Of a stretch of 64,000 nucleotides of DNA, positions 49,840-59,956 are shown in pieces (within the stretch, counting starts at the first letter, position 1; each line of letters starts with the position of its first letter). A program made the position numbers and the translations under genes. The notes beneath the pieces are model-generated. The model did not search any database. It was not told the DNA's origin and saw nothing but the letters and a program-made list of their open reading frames with translations. Source of the stretch: an uncultured Rhodospirillaceae bacterium (GTDB taxonomy: Bacteria; Pseudomonadota; Alphaproteobacteria; Dongiales; Dongiaceae); NCBI GenBank assembly GCA_964551315.1, contig CAZKCM010000018.1, positions 3,423-67,422 of the forward strand. The letters are read 5' to 3'.

Positions 49840-50080
49840 TATACCTCCGCCTAACCTAGTTTAATACGCTGCCGTAAATATACGCGGGACGGTACAAATC
49901 CGTTCCGCCCCTTTTGCCTGCGCCGGCAGCAGTTTTTACCTCTCCAGTTAATCTCAATCGGCAGAAAGGAGGGTAACTTTAAAACAAAATGGTAAAAATC
50001 TGCCTATAATTCGTATGCATAAAATCGCGTTTACATAAGCACTCAAGGTGCAAGAGAGTCGAGAAAAAATCTTACGTATC
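49840..50080 (-). promoter_or_regulatory. AT-rich promoter region of the EPS operon
   Basis: Sharp drop in GC upstream of wza; RBS GGAGGT before the GTG start. Confidence 0.55.
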
Positions 50081-50515
50081 TTGTCCCGGTTCTCGGCGAT
50101 GCGGCGCGGAGTATATCGAAAGGCCGTCGTCGGACAACACCTTCGACGGCCGGACCGGACAAGGAACCAAAATTGTCACTTTCCCGGCTAATTGTCGCTC
50201 CCCCGGCTATAGATGTGGTCGAACTCCGCCCTGCGTCGCCATCGGCACGCATTCCAAGGTGGAATGAACGCATGGCGTGGAACTTTGTTCAGGGCTGCCG
50301 TCCGTCCGCCGGATTGCGTCACGCGACAGTTGCAATTATGCCACAGGACGGTCCGGCAGGGTATGTCCGATGGCGGCGGCGCGGTTCCGTGGGGGGGCCG
50401 GTCGAATGGTAAATCCGCGCCGGCTCTCCCGGGTCGGGGCACCGGCTCCCGGGTCGGCGGGCCTCGGCTTCGGCGGCCGTGGACGGGCGGGGCCGAAGCC
50501 TCTAAACGAGGAGGC

Positions 50516-50830
50516 ATGCGATGCCTTCTCTTCGCCCTTGCGCTGCTGGCCGGCGGCGCGCTCGGCGCGGTCCAGCAGACGCCGGCCCAGGCGGCCAGCG
50601 AGCAGGAACGGGCCCGCGCGGCTGTGCAGGCCGGCGAGATCCGATCGTTGCAGGAGATTCTCGATCGGGTGCTCGGCCGGGTGGCGGGGCGCGTGCTCGA
50701 CGCGGAGCTCGAGGAATCGGGCCGCAATCGCTGGACCTACCGGATCAAGATCCTGACCGGCGACGGCCGGGTCGTGGCGCTGGCGGTGGACGCGCGGACC
50801 GGCGAGATCCTTCGGATCAACGGGCGCTGA
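50516..50830 (+). CDS. PepSY domain exported protein
   Basis: Signal peptide, AVQAGEI, GRVLDAELE, YRIK, VDARTG; RBS GAGGAGG. Confidence 0.85.
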   Translation: MRCLLFALALLAGGALGAVQQTPAQAASEQERARAAVQAGEIRSLQEILDRVLGRVAGRVLDAELEESGRNRWTYRIKILTGDGRVVALAVDARTGEILRINGR

Positions 50831-50894
50831 CGAAGCGTCGGCGGTGACGTCGGCGGGGGCGTCGACAGAGAGCGCGGACAAGGGGGGTGACGAC

Positions 50895-51566
50895 ATGCGC
50901 TTGCTCGTGGTGGAAGACGATCCCCAACTGGCCCGGCAGCTCGAGCGGGCGCTCAAGGAGGCCGGCTATGCGGTGGACGTCGCCCGCGACGGCGAGGAGG
51001 GGTTGTTCCTGGGCGAGACGGAGCCCTACGACGCGGTCGTACTCGATCTCGGCCTGCCGGTGATCGACGGTCTCACGATCCTCGACCGCTGGCGGCGCGC
51101 CGGCCGCACCATGCCCGTCCTGGTCCTGACGGCGCGCGACCGCTGGAGCGAGAAGGTCGCCGGCTTCGACGCCGGCGCCGACGACTATGTGGCCAAGCCC
51201 TTCCGGATGGAGGAGGTGCTGGCGCGGATCCGGGCCCTCATCCGCCGCGCCGCCGGCCACGCCTCGGCGGAGCTCGTCTGCGGTCCCTTGCGCGTCGATA
51301 CACGCAGCGCGCGCGTCACCGTCGACGGCACCCCCGTCCGGCTGACGGCGCAGGAATATCGGCTGCTGGCCTATCTGATGCATCACCAGGGCAGGATCGT
51401 CTCCCGCACCGAGCTGACCGAGCACATCTACGATCAGGACTTCGATCGCGATTCCAACACCATCGAGGTCTTCGTCGGCCGCCTGCGCAAGAAGCTCGGC
51501 GTCAACCTGATCGCCACCGTCCGCGGCCTCGGCTACCAGATCGTCCCGCCCGATCATGACGCCTGA
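50895..51566 (+). CDS. OmpR/PhoP-family response regulator (FeuP-like)
   Basis: MRLLVVEDD, LDLGLP, LTARD, DDYVAKPF, DSNTIEVFVGRLRKK. Confidence 0.92.
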   Translation: MRLLVVEDDPQLARQLERALKEAGYAVDVARDGEEGLFLGETEPYDAVVLDLGLPVIDGLTILDRWRRAGRTMPVLVLTARDRWSEKVAGFDAGADDYVAKPFRMEEVLARIRALIRRAAGHASAELVCGPLRVDTRSARVTVDGTPVRLTAQEYRLLAYLMHHQGRIVSRTELTEHIYDQDFDRDSNTIEVFVGRLRKKLGVNLIATVRGLGYQIVPPDHDA

Positions 51567-51643
51567 TCCTTGCGGATTCCACGGTCCCGCCATGGCCGCG
51601 TTCCCGGCGGCGTTCGCATTGGCGTCCTGGGGTGGGGCGTGAC

Positions 51644-53029
51644 ATGGCACCGTTCCGGTCTCCGCCGCGGTCGCTCGCCTGGCGCCTCATCCTCGGGGCC
51701 GGGCTCTGGATCGCCGCCGCGCTCGTCGCGGGGGGGCTGCTGCTCTCGGCGCTGTTCCAGGACTATGTGGAGCGCAGCTTCGACGCGCGGCTGATCGTCC
51801 TGCTCGAAAGTCTCGTCGCGGTCAGCGAGATCGACGCCGACGGCGCGCTGCGCCTCACCCGTCCGGTCGCCGAGCCGCGGTTCGACCAGGCCTACTCGGG
51901 CTGGTACTGGCAGATTTCGGCCGGCGAGGAGATCCTGCTGCAATCCCGCTCGCTGTGGGATCAGGCGCTGCCGCCGGGCGAGGCGCCGAGCGATGCCGTG
52001 GCCCGGTCCGACGGCCGCGGGCCGGCGGGGCAGGCGCTTCGCCTCGTCGGGCGCACCATCCGCCTGCCGGGGGCGGACCGCGGGCTGCATTACCAGGTCG
52101 CGGCGGACCGGGCCGAGATCGCCGGCGAGGTCCGCGCCTTCAACGCGGCCCTGGCCTGGTCGTTGGGCGGGCTGGGCCTCGGCCTGCTCGCCGCGGTTTT
52201 CGTCCAGGTCCGCTACGGCCTGCGGCCGCTGCGCCGCATCGGCGCCGGGATCGCCGCCATCCGCTCCGGGCGGGCCGCGCGGCTCGAAGGCGACTTTCCG
52301 GCCGAGATCAGGCCCCTCTCGGACGAGCTCAACATCCTGCTCGACCACAACGCGGCGGTGGTCGAACGGGCGCGGGCGCATGTCAGCAACCTCGCGCACG
52401 CGCTCAAGACGCCGCTGTCCGTTCTGACGAACGAGGCCGATGCGGCCACGGGTCCGCTGGCGGCGGCGGTGCTGCGGCAGGTGGCGGTGATGCGCCGGCA
52501 GGTGGACCATTACCTCGCCCGCGCCCGCACCGCCGCCACCAGCGAGATCCTCGGCGCGCGGACGGAGGTTCTGCCGGTGATCGGCGACCTGCACCGGACG
52601 CTCGCCCGCATGTATCCCGGGCGGACCATTCGCGTCGATGCGCCGGCGGTCGCGGGGCCCGGTGGGCCCGGGTTCCAGTTCCGCGGCGAGCGGCAGGACC
52701 TGGAAGAGATGCTCGGCAACCTCCTGGACAACGCCTGCAAATGGGGGCGGTCGCGGATTCGGCTGACCGTGGCCCGCGACGGAGGGCATCTGACCTTCGT
52801 CGTCGAGGACGACGGACCCGGCCTCGACGACGACCAGCGCGCCGCCGTCTTCGATCGCGGCCGGCGGCTGGACGAGACGGTGCCCGGCAGCGGGCTCGGC
52901 CTCGCCATCGTCCGCGACATCGCCGAGCTCTATGACGGCCGCATCGCGCTCGAGCGCTCCTCCCTCGGCGGCCTGCGGGCGGTCCTCACCCTGCCGGCCG
53001 CCGATGCCGCGCCGACGGGCGGCGGCTGA
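51644..53029 (+). CDS. Sensor histidine kinase (FeuQ/PhoQ-like)
   Basis: SGWYWQI, SRSLWD, NLAHALKTPL, GNLLDNACKW, DDGPG, GSGLGL. Confidence 0.92.
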   Translation: MAPFRSPPRSLAWRLILGAGLWIAAALVAGGLLLSALFQDYVERSFDARLIVLLESLVAVSEIDADGALRLTRPVAEPRFDQAYSGWYWQISAGEEILLQSRSLWDQALPPGEAPSDAVARSDGRGPAGQALRLVGRTIRLPGADRGLHYQVAADRAEIAGEVRAFNAALAWSLGGLGLGLLAAVFVQVRYGLRPLRRIGAGIAAIRSGRAARLEGDFPAEIRPLSDELNILLDHNAAVVERARAHVSNLAHALKTPLSVLTNEADAATGPLAAAVLRQVAVMRRQVDHYLARARTAATSEILGARTEVLPVIGDLHRTLARMYPGRTIRVDAPAVAGPGGPGFQFRGERQDLEEMLGNLLDNACKWGRSRIRLTVARDGGHLTFVVEDDGPGLDDDQRAAVFDRGRRLDETVPGSGLGLAIVRDIAELYDGRIALERSSLGGLRAVLTLPAADAAPTGGG

Positions 53030-53057
53030 CCGCGGCGCCCGGATCGGGCCCGTCCGA

Positions 53058-53098
53058 AGATGAACGGCAGATGAACGGGCCACTCACCTTCGGTTCAG
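53058..53098 (+). promoter_or_regulatory. OmpR-family tandem box AGATGAACGG-C-AGATGAACGG plus an inverted TCA-N8-TCA pair
   Basis: Perfect 10-bp direct repeat with 11-bp period upstream of the lipoprotein gene. Confidence 0.65.
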
Positions 53099-53185
53099 CG
53101 CGCGAGTGCCACCTTGCGCCCGTCCGCGGGCTCCTCCGGACGGTGGCGCCCGCGGCCGCTCGATCAAGGCAGGGGAACGGAAGCC

Positions 53186-53662
53186 ATGACGTTGAGGAAA
53201 ATCGGTGTTGCCGCGGTCCTGATCGCGATGCTCGGCGGCTGCGCGGGCCAGCACTACGGCACCAAGGAGACCGGCGGGACGCTTCTCGGGGCGGCGGTCG
53301 GCGGGCTCGCCGGCTCGCAGATCGGCGGCGGACGCGGCCGGCTGATCGCCACCGGCGTGGGCACGCTGATCGGCGCCTTCATCGGCAACGAGGTCGGCCG
53401 TTCGCTCGACCGCGCCGACCGGATCTACGCCGCGCGGACGGCGGATCTGGCGCTCGAACGCTACCCGGACGGCGCCTACGCCCGCTGGGAGAACCCGAAC
53501 AACGGCCATTCCGGCTACGTCGTCCCGACCCGGACCTACGAGACGGCCCCCGGACGGTACTGCCGGGAGTACCAGACCTCGGTCGTTATCAACGGCCGCA
53601 CCGAAACGGCCTACGGCACCGCCTGCCGGCAACCGGACGGTAGCTGGCAGGTCACCGGTTGA
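53186..53662 (+). CDS. 17-kDa surface antigen-like glycine-zipper lipoprotein
   Basis: MLGG-C lipobox, glycine zipper, W.NP..G, YCREYQ, GTACRQPDGSW. Confidence 0.88.
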   Translation: MTLRKIGVAAVLIAMLGGCAGQHYGTKETGGTLLGAAVGGLAGSQIGGGRGRLIATGVGTLIGAFIGNEVGRSLDRADRIYAARTADLALERYPDGAYARWENPNNGHSGYVVPTRTYETAPGRYCREYQTSVVINGRTETAYGTACRQPDGSWQVTG

Positions 53663-53693
53663 TCTCCGGGGCGGGATCGGCCGGTTCCCCGGG

Positions 53694-54761
53694 TCAGCCC
53701 CGCCGCTCGCGCCGGCGAAGCAGCCGGAAGACGAGCGGCGCCGTCACCACGATGATGAAGATGCGCGCGATATGGTGGGTGGCCACATAGGCCGCGTCGA
53801 TCCCGAGGGCGAGCCCGATCAGGCTCATCTCCGCCACGCCGCCGGGCGCGAAGGCCAGCAGCACCGCCAGCGCCGGCAACCCCGCCAGGCCGTGCAGGGC
53901 CGCGGCGAAGGCCGCGCTGACCAGGAACAGGATAAGCGTCGCCCCGACGGCGAGCACGAGCGCCCGCGCGATCATGGCGAGGCGGACGCCCGCGAACCGG
54001 GCGCCGATGCTGGCGCCGACGACGAGCTGGGCGGCGGCGATCAGCTCCGTCGGCAACTGCGAGTCCGTCAGGCCGGCCAGGTGGACGGCGGCGCTGAGCG
54101 CCATCGGTCCGACGAGATCGGCCGCCGGCAGGCGCGCCTGCTTCGCGGCGAAGAAGCCCACAACGCCGCACAGGAGCAGGATCAGCAGGTCCTGCGGCGG
54201 GATCGTGGAGACGGCGTCCCCGGCCGGCGGCATGCTGGCCGGCTCGTAGCCGCCGAAGAGCTGGAAGCTGAGGGGCAGGGCGAGCACGATCAGCAGGACG
54301 CGCGCGGTGTGGCCGAGGGCGATGGCGCGCTCGTCGCCGCCCATCGCCGTGCCGACCAGGATCATCGGGGTCAGCCCCCCGGGCGCCGCCGTGAAGTAGG
54401 CGGTGGTCCGGTCGTAGCCGCCGACGCGCTGGTAATAGACCTGGCACAGGACCATGGAGGCGGCGACGTAAAGGAGCAGCGCCGCGAGGCTGCCCGTCCA
54501 CAGCGGCAGCCGGTCGAGCAGGTCGGGCGTGAAGGCGCCGCCGAGCATGATGCCGAGCACGGCGATCATCAGGCCGCGCAGCCGGCGCGGCACGGCGATC
54601 GGCAGGCCGCCGATGGCGGCGATCGTGGTGCCCACCATCGCCCCGATCATCCAGGCGAGCGGCAGGGCCAGCGCTTGAAAGACGACGCCGCCCCCGGCGC
54701 CGACCGCCAGCGTCAGCAGGGTGCGGGGAAGGCGGGTTCCGGCGCGCGCGGGCAAGTCCAT
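53694..54761 (-). CDS. AbrB-duplication membrane protein
   Basis: LPLAWMIGAM; APGG motif twice; H..R. Confidence 0.85.
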   Translation of the reverse strand: MDLPARAGTRLPRTLLTLAVGAGGGVVFQALALPLAWMIGAMVGTTIAAIGGLPIAVPRRLRGLMIAVLGIMLGGAFTPDLLDRLPLWTGSLAALLLYVAASMVLCQVYYQRVGGYDRTTAYFTAAPGGLTPMILVGTAMGGDERAIALGHTARVLLIVLALPLSFQLFGGYEPASMPPAGDAVSTIPPQDLLILLLCGVVGFFAAKQARLPAADLVGPMALSAAVHLAGLTDSQLPTELIAAAQLVVGASIGARFAGVRLAMIARALVLAVGATLILFLVSAAFAAALHGLAGLPALAVLLAFAPGGVAEMSLIGLALGIDAAYVATHHIARIFIIVVTAPLVFRLLRRRERRG

Positions 54762-54780
54762 GAGTCTCCCTCGATCGCTC

Positions 54781-55764
54781 TCAATCGACGAAGCGGCCGA
54801 ACCGCACGGCGGTCTGGCCGCGGAGAACGCGCCGCGACGGCATGACCAGCACGCAGTCGTCGTGGGGCGTGACCACCGGGCGGCCGCCGTCCTCGGCTAC
54901 CGGCGTTCCGGCCTTGGCGATCACTTCCAGGCCGCGATAGGGGGCGACGAAGCGGAACCGGTTGGTGCGGACCGTCACCGCCTTCGTCACCTCGACCACG
55001 CGCTGCCGCGCCGGCATCGGCAGCCGCAGATGCGGCGCGGCCGTTGCCGCGTCGATCATCCCAAGATGCAGGAGGAACCGCAGCGCCGCGTCGATGGCGA
55101 CATCGGCGCTGCGCCGTTCCCAATGCTGTCCGCATTCCACCAGCAGGGCATTGCGCGGGCTGGCCGGATCGGCGAAGGCGCCATAGTCGCGCAGCCGCCG
55201 GCCGGCCGCATGGCCGGCGTCGCAGATCACGACGGCCGGAAAGCCGATCGCGCGGGCCAGCCGGCGTCCCTTCTCCAGCGGGCCGGCGAGCAGCAGCGGC
55301 TCCGTCCGGTGCTGCATGGAGTGGATGTCCAGCAGGAAATCGACCGTGTCGACGATCGGCCGCAGCCGCCGGGCGCGGTCGAGCTCGCGGCTCCTGCGCG
55401 GGCCGTCGAGCACCGCCGGCGACCACAGCCGGTTGAAGTCCTCGTCGACGTAGCGCGACCGGGCCGGGGCGCCGGCGTCGAACCGGGCGAAGGCGTCGAC
55501 GTTCGCGAAGGCGAAGGTGAGGCGGCCGGCGATCGGGCCGATGCCGTGGCGCAGGAGGTGGTCGAGGGCGACGGCGCCGCACAGCTCGTTGCCGTGCACG
55601 ATCGCCGTCAGCATCGCGTGCGGGCCGGGGCGGCCGCTGTCGAGGCTCGTCACGAACTCGACGCCGGTATTGCCGGCCCGGTAGGGCTCCAGGTCCGGCG
55701 GCCGCAGCTCGACGGGGTCGGGAGGTTCGGCTTCGGCGGTCATGGGCGAGGGGGTGAACCTCAT
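54781..55764 (-). CDS. Succinylglutamate desuccinylase/aspartoacylase (M14) family
   Basis: HGNE, DFNRLW, DIHS, VECGQHW. Confidence 0.85.
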   Translation of the reverse strand: MRFTPSPMTAEAEPPDPVELRPPDLEPYRAGNTGVEFVTSLDSGRPGPHAMLTAIVHGNELCGAVALDHLLRHGIGPIAGRLTFAFANVDAFARFDAGAPARSRYVDEDFNRLWSPAVLDGPRRSRELDRARRLRPIVDTVDFLLDIHSMQHRTEPLLLAGPLEKGRRLARAIGFPAVVICDAGHAAGRRLRDYGAFADPASPRNALLVECGQHWERRSADVAIDAALRFLLHLGMIDAATAAPHLRLPMPARQRVVEVTKAVTVRTNRFRFVAPYRGLEVIAKAGTPVAEDGGRPVVTPHDDCVLVMPSRRVLRGQTAVRFGRFVD

Positions 55765-55820
55765 GCGGATGCAAACCGACCTGCAGCGGCTTTCGGATGT
55801 GTTTGGAGGTCCTTATGTCC

Positions 55821-55925
55821 GGTCACGCCCGGACTTGATCCGGGCATCCGGGCGACGGCGCCGCGGTTTCCCGGATTGCCGGGTCGACCCTTGGATCAAG
55901 TCCGAGGGCAGGCCCGGCAACGGCA
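55821..55925. repeat. CGTC-type REP-like palindromic element with nested insert
   Basis: GTCACGCCCGGACTTGATCCGGGCATCC ... GGATTGCCGGGTC[GACCCTTGGATCAAGTCCGAGGGC]AGGCCCGGCAA. Confidence 0.7.
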
Positions 55926-55962
55926 CGAAAGGGCGACGCTCCAAACCCGTCGGAAAGCGCAT

Positions 55963-56610
55963 TCAACGCTCAATCTCTTCATCGCGCAGTAGCCCCAGCG
56001 CCGCCAGGTCCAGGCGCAGCGCCTCGGGCGAGCGGAACCGCAGCGCCGGCATGCCGAGTTCCGCGGCAGCCGTGACGTTGCGTTCGGAATCGTCGATGAA
56101 CAGCGTCTCGGCCGGGTTCAGGCCGTGACGGTCGAAGAGGTGCCGGAAGATTTGCGGGTCCGGCTTCTTCAGGCCGATCTCGCCGGACACGACGATGTCC
56201 TCGAACCAGGTGAGGAAATCGAAGCGGCGGCGGGCGATCGGAAACTTCTCCGCCGACCAGTTGGTGAGCGCGTAGAGCGGCACTCCGCGGTCCCTCAGGG
56301 CTGCGAGGACCGCCACCGTGCCCTCGATCGGGCCGGCCAGCATCTCCTCCCATCGCTCGTCATAGGCCCGGATCAGCGCGGCATGTTCGGGGTGCCGGGC
56401 GACGAGCAGGGCGACGGCGTCGGCGAAGGGGCGGCCGCCGTCCTGCTCCTCGTTCCAGGCCTGGGTACAGATCTCCGAAAGGAAGGCCTCCATCGCCGCG
56501 TCGTCGCCGTCGAACAGCTTCCGATAGAGGTGGCGCGGGTTCCAGTCGATCAGCACGCCGCCGAGATCGAAGACGATCGCGCGGACGCGCGCGTCCGGAC
56601 GCCGAGTCAT
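55963..56610 (-). CDS. HAD family phosphatase
   Basis: VFDLGGVL, LTN, KPDPQIF, FIDD. Confidence 0.9.
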   Translation of the reverse strand: MTRRPDARVRAIVFDLGGVLIDWNPRHLYRKLFDGDDAAMEAFLSEICTQAWNEEQDGGRPFADAVALLVARHPEHAALIRAYDERWEEMLAGPIEGTVAVLAALRDRGVPLYALTNWSAEKFPIARRRFDFLTWFEDIVVSGEIGLKKPDPQIFRHLFDRHGLNPAETLFIDDSERNVTAAAELGMPALRFRSPEALRLDLAALGLLRDEEIER

Positions 56611-56621
56611 GCCGGTCTCGC

Positions 56622-57788
56622 TCAGGCGGGGACGCAGACGCGGTCCATCAGCCGGCGCAGGAAGCGCTCGCACAGCGCCACCTGCTCGAGGCTCACGAAC
56701 TCGTCCGGCTTGTGCGCCTGGTCGATGCTGCCGGGGCCGCAGATGATCGCCGGGATGCCGATGCTCTGGAACAGCCCCGCCTCGGTCCCGAACGCGACCT
56801 TGCCCGTGGCATTGCTGCCCGACAGCGCCTTGGCGAGGCCGACGATCTCGGCGTCGGTCGGGGTGTCGAGCCCGGGAAAGGCGGAGATCTCCTCCCAGCT
56901 GAACCCGGTCTCCGGCGCCACCGCCCGCATCGCCGGCTCCAGCTCCCGCTCGGCGAAGCGCCGGACCTCGTCGAACAGGGCTTCCGGGTCGTCGCCCGGC
57001 AGGTAGCGGAACTCGAAGTCGAAGGAGCAGTCCTTGGGAACGATGTTGAGCGCGGTGCCCCCCTGCACGACGCCGGTGTGCACCGTGGTGTGGGGGATGT
57101 CGTAGTCCGGGTCGGAAGCGCCCTCGGCGGCGATGCGCTGCGCCATCCGCCGCAGATAGGCGATCACCTCGGCCGCGTACTCGATGGCGTTGACGCCGCG
57201 CGGCGCCAGCGAGGAGTGGCATTCGAAGCCGCGCACGCGGCAGCGCACGCTTTTCTTCCCCTTGTGGGCCACGACGACCTTCATCTCGGTCGGTTCGCCG
57301 ACGATGCAGGCGGCGGGCCTGATCGGCATGTCGCGCAGCACCTCGAGCAGCCGCCGCACGCCGACGCAGCCGACCTCCTCGTCGTAGGAGAAGACCAGAT
57401 GGATCGGCGTCTTGAGGCCGCGCTCGAGGAACTCCGGCGCCATCGCCAGCGCGACGGCGAGGAAGCTCTTCATGTCGGCCGTGCCGCGGCCGTAAAGCCG
57501 GCCGTCCCGCTCGGCGACCCGCCAGGGATCGGTCTGCCAGTCCTGTCCGTCCACGGGAACCACGTCGGTGTGGCCCGACAGCGCGATTCCCGGCCGGTCG
57601 TCGGGCCCCAGGGTCGCGTAAAGGTTGGCCTTCCCGCCCCCCTCGTCATAGACGAGCCGGGACTCGATCCCGAGCCCCGCGAGGTAGTCGCGGACGAACT
57701 CGACCAGCGCGAGGTTGGAGTTGCGGCTGGTGGTGTCGAACGCGACCAGCCGACGGATCATGTCGAGGCTTGTGATGGACTGCGGCAC
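56622..57788 (-). CDS. argE: Acetylornithine deacetylase (M20)
   Basis: SGHTDVVP, GRGTADMK, YDEEVGC, VGEPT, AHKG, QAHKPDE. Confidence 0.9.
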   Translation of the reverse strand: MPQSITSLDMIRRLVAFDTTSRNSNLALVEFVRDYLAGLGIESRLVYDEGGGKANLYATLGPDDRPGIALSGHTDVVPVDGQDWQTDPWRVAERDGRLYGRGTADMKSFLAVALAMAPEFLERGLKTPIHLVFSYDEEVGCVGVRRLLEVLRDMPIRPAACIVGEPTEMKVVVAHKGKKSVRCRVRGFECHSSLAPRGVNAIEYAAEVIAYLRRMAQRIAAEGASDPDYDIPHTTVHTGVVQGGTALNIVPKDCSFDFEFRYLPGDDPEALFDEVRRFAERELEPAMRAVAPETGFSWEEISAFPGLDTPTDAEIVGLAKALSGSNATGKVAFGTEAGLFQSIGIPAIICGPGSIDQAHKPDEFVSLEQVALCERFLRRLMDRVCVPA

Positions 57789-57922
57789 GAACGTCTTCCG
57801 ATCCTTGTCGTTTTGAGGCTTATTTCTTGAGGATAGTACTATGGCCGAGCGCGGAGGGTCGCGCTAGGCCCTTGGTCCGTATGGCAACCATGCGCGCAGC
57901 TCAAGGAGGGATAAACAAGACC

Positions 57923-58810
57923 TTGCGGCGTTTCACCATTCCGGAGGTTCTGGTCCGTTACGATCCGCCCGAGACGTGCCCGGCGGCCCCGGTGGTCTTC
58001 GATTCGCCGCACAGCGGCACCGTCTACCCGGCCGATTTCGGCTACGCCGCGCCGTTCGAAATCCTGCGCAGGGCCGAGGACGCGTTCGTCGACGAGCTCT
58101 TCGCCGACGCGCCGCATCACGGCGCGTCGCTGCTCGCCGCGCTCTTCCCGCGCAGCTACATCGACCCCAACCGGCACGAATCAGAGGTCGATCTGACCCT
58201 GTTCGCGGAGCCGTGGCCCCATCCGGTGATGCCGAGCGAGCGCGCCGAGCGCGGGCTGGGGCTCATCCGGCGCCTGGTGCGGCCCGACACGCCGGTCTAC
58301 GACCGGCGGCTGACCGTCGCCGAGGTCGAATCGCGCATCGCCCGCTTTCATCGCCCTTACCATGCCGAGCTCAAGGCCATGCTCGATCGCGCCCACGGCA
58401 CCTTCGGCGCGGTGTGGCACGTCAACTGCCATTCGATGAAGGCGCTTGGCCGCGGGCCGATTCCGCGCCGGCACCAGCCCCGCAAGGACTTCGTGCTCAG
58501 CGACCGCGACGGCACGACCTGCAGCGCGGACTTCACCGAGATGGTCCGCCGGACGCTGGTCGATCTCGGCTACAGCGTCGCCGTCAACCACCCCTTCAAG
58601 GGGGCGGAGCTGGTGGCCCGCAACGGTGATCCCGCAGGCAACCGCCACAGCCTCCAGATCGAGGTGAACCGCGGCCTCTACATGGACGAGCGGCGCGTCG
58701 AGAAGACGCCCGGCTTCGACGCTCTCAAGGCCGACATCAACCGGCTCATCGCCGCCATCGCCGACTACGCCAGAAGCGAGGCGGCAAACGGCGCGTGCTC
58801 GGGCAGATAG
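57923..58810 (+). CDS. N-formylglutamate amidohydrolase
   Basis: DSPHSG, ED..VD, YIDPNR, PYH, NCHSM, N.PFKG, QIEVNR; TTG start after GGAGGG, uncertain. Confidence 0.88.
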   Translation: MRRFTIPEVLVRYDPPETCPAAPVVFDSPHSGTVYPADFGYAAPFEILRRAEDAFVDELFADAPHHGASLLAALFPRSYIDPNRHESEVDLTLFAEPWPHPVMPSERAERGLGLIRRLVRPDTPVYDRRLTVAEVESRIARFHRPYHAELKAMLDRAHGTFGAVWHVNCHSMKALGRGPIPRRHQPRKDFVLSDRDGTTCSADFTEMVRRTLVDLGYSVAVNHPFKGAELVARNGDPAGNRHSLQIEVNRGLYMDERRVEKTPGFDALKADINRLIAAIADYARSEAANGACSGR

Positions 58811-58988
58811 GATTGCCTGACGCCGCGCCCTGTGATTTCTGCCGGGCATCGGCCTGATCCCGGGGACTTCAGCGCCCTCACGCAACAACGGCCCTCGCGC
58901 GACAACAAGGAAGAAGCCGCCGGTGGGTCCGCATTCATCGAGCTCGGCCCCCCTCGGCATTGCCGTGAACGTCGTCCGGAATGCCGCG

Positions 58989-59756
58989 TCACGCCTGGAA
59001 CTGCTCCATCAGGATGCGTTCCTCGAGGTTGTGCTGCGGATCGAACAGCAGGTTCAGGGTCACGCCGCGCTCTTCGCGCACCTGCACCTCGGCGACGTCG
59101 CGCACCTCCGTGTAGTCGGCGACGGCGCTGACCGGGCGCTTTGCGGCTTCGTGAATCTCGAAGGTGATCTCCGCGTCGTGCGGCAGCAGGGCGCCGCGCC
59201 AGCGCCGCGGCCGGAACGGGCTGATCGGGGTGAGCGCCAGGACGCCGGAGCCGATCGGCAGGACCGGTCCGTGCGCCGACAGGTTGTAGGCGGAGCTGCC
59301 GGCGGGCGTGGCCACCAGCACCCCGTCGCAGATCAGCTCCGGCAGCCGGACGACGCCGTCGATGCGGATTCCGATCTTCGCCGCCTGGCGCGTCTCGCGC
59401 AGCAGCGAAACCTCGTTGATGGCGATGGCGCGGACTTCCTCGCCACCGACGGTCCGCGCGGTCATCGCCAGGGGATGCAGCTGCGCGCATTGCGCGGCGG
59501 CGAGCCGCTCCGGCAGGTTCTCCTCCTCGTACTGGTTCATCAGGAAACCGACGGTGCCGCAGTTCATGCCATAGATCGGCACACCGCGTTCGATGTAGCG
59601 GTGCAGCGTCTCAAGCATGAAGCCGTCGCCGCCGAGCGCGACAATCACGTCGGCCGCCTCGGGCTCGGTGGACGGGTAGCGCGCCTTGAGGCGCTTCAGC
59701 GCGGCCTGCGCTTCCTCGGTGTCGGCGGCGACGAAGGCGATGTTCTTGAAAGCCAC
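58989..59756 (-). CDS. nadK: NAD kinase
   Basis: [34 protein letters not shown]. Confidence 0.93.
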   Translation of the reverse strand: MAFKNIAFVAADTEEAQAALKRLKARYPSTEPEAADVIVALGGDGFMLETLHRYIERGVPIYGMNCGTVGFLMNQYEEENLPERLAAAQCAQLHPLAMTARTVGGEEVRAIAINEVSLLRETRQAAKIGIRIDGVVRLPELICDGVLVATPAGSSAYNLSAHGPVLPIGSGVLALTPISPFRPRRWRGALLPHDAEITFEIHEAAKRPVSAVADYTEVRDVAEVQVREERGVTLNLLFDPQHNLEERILMEQFQA

Positions 59757-59956
59757 CCTGTTCCGCTCCCCTGGTTGTGGTCCGGGCCGATCCGCCGGCG
59801 GGTCGCGCGACTTGCAAGCGCACCTCCGGGTGGGGAGTCCGCGCCGCCCGTTTCTTGAAACCCCAGGCGGGCGGGTTCGTCAAGGCCTTCGCGGCAAACG
59901 GCGCGGGAAGGGGGGCCGCGGTCGACGCGGATGCGCGCCGACCGGGCGGCCCTGCG

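Noticed and set aside
49840-50350. Sigma54 promoter or PrsR enhancer upstream of wza
   Set aside because: Only a lone TTTACA at 50030; candidate GG/GC pairs lack the required 10-bp spacing
53694-54761. Ammonia monooxygenase
   Set aside because: Legacy label for AbrB-duplication membrane proteins; no amoCAB genes present
58811-58988. sRNA or small ORF between the convergent amidohydrolase and nadK
   Set aside because: No recognisable RNA motif, promoter or convincing coding signal
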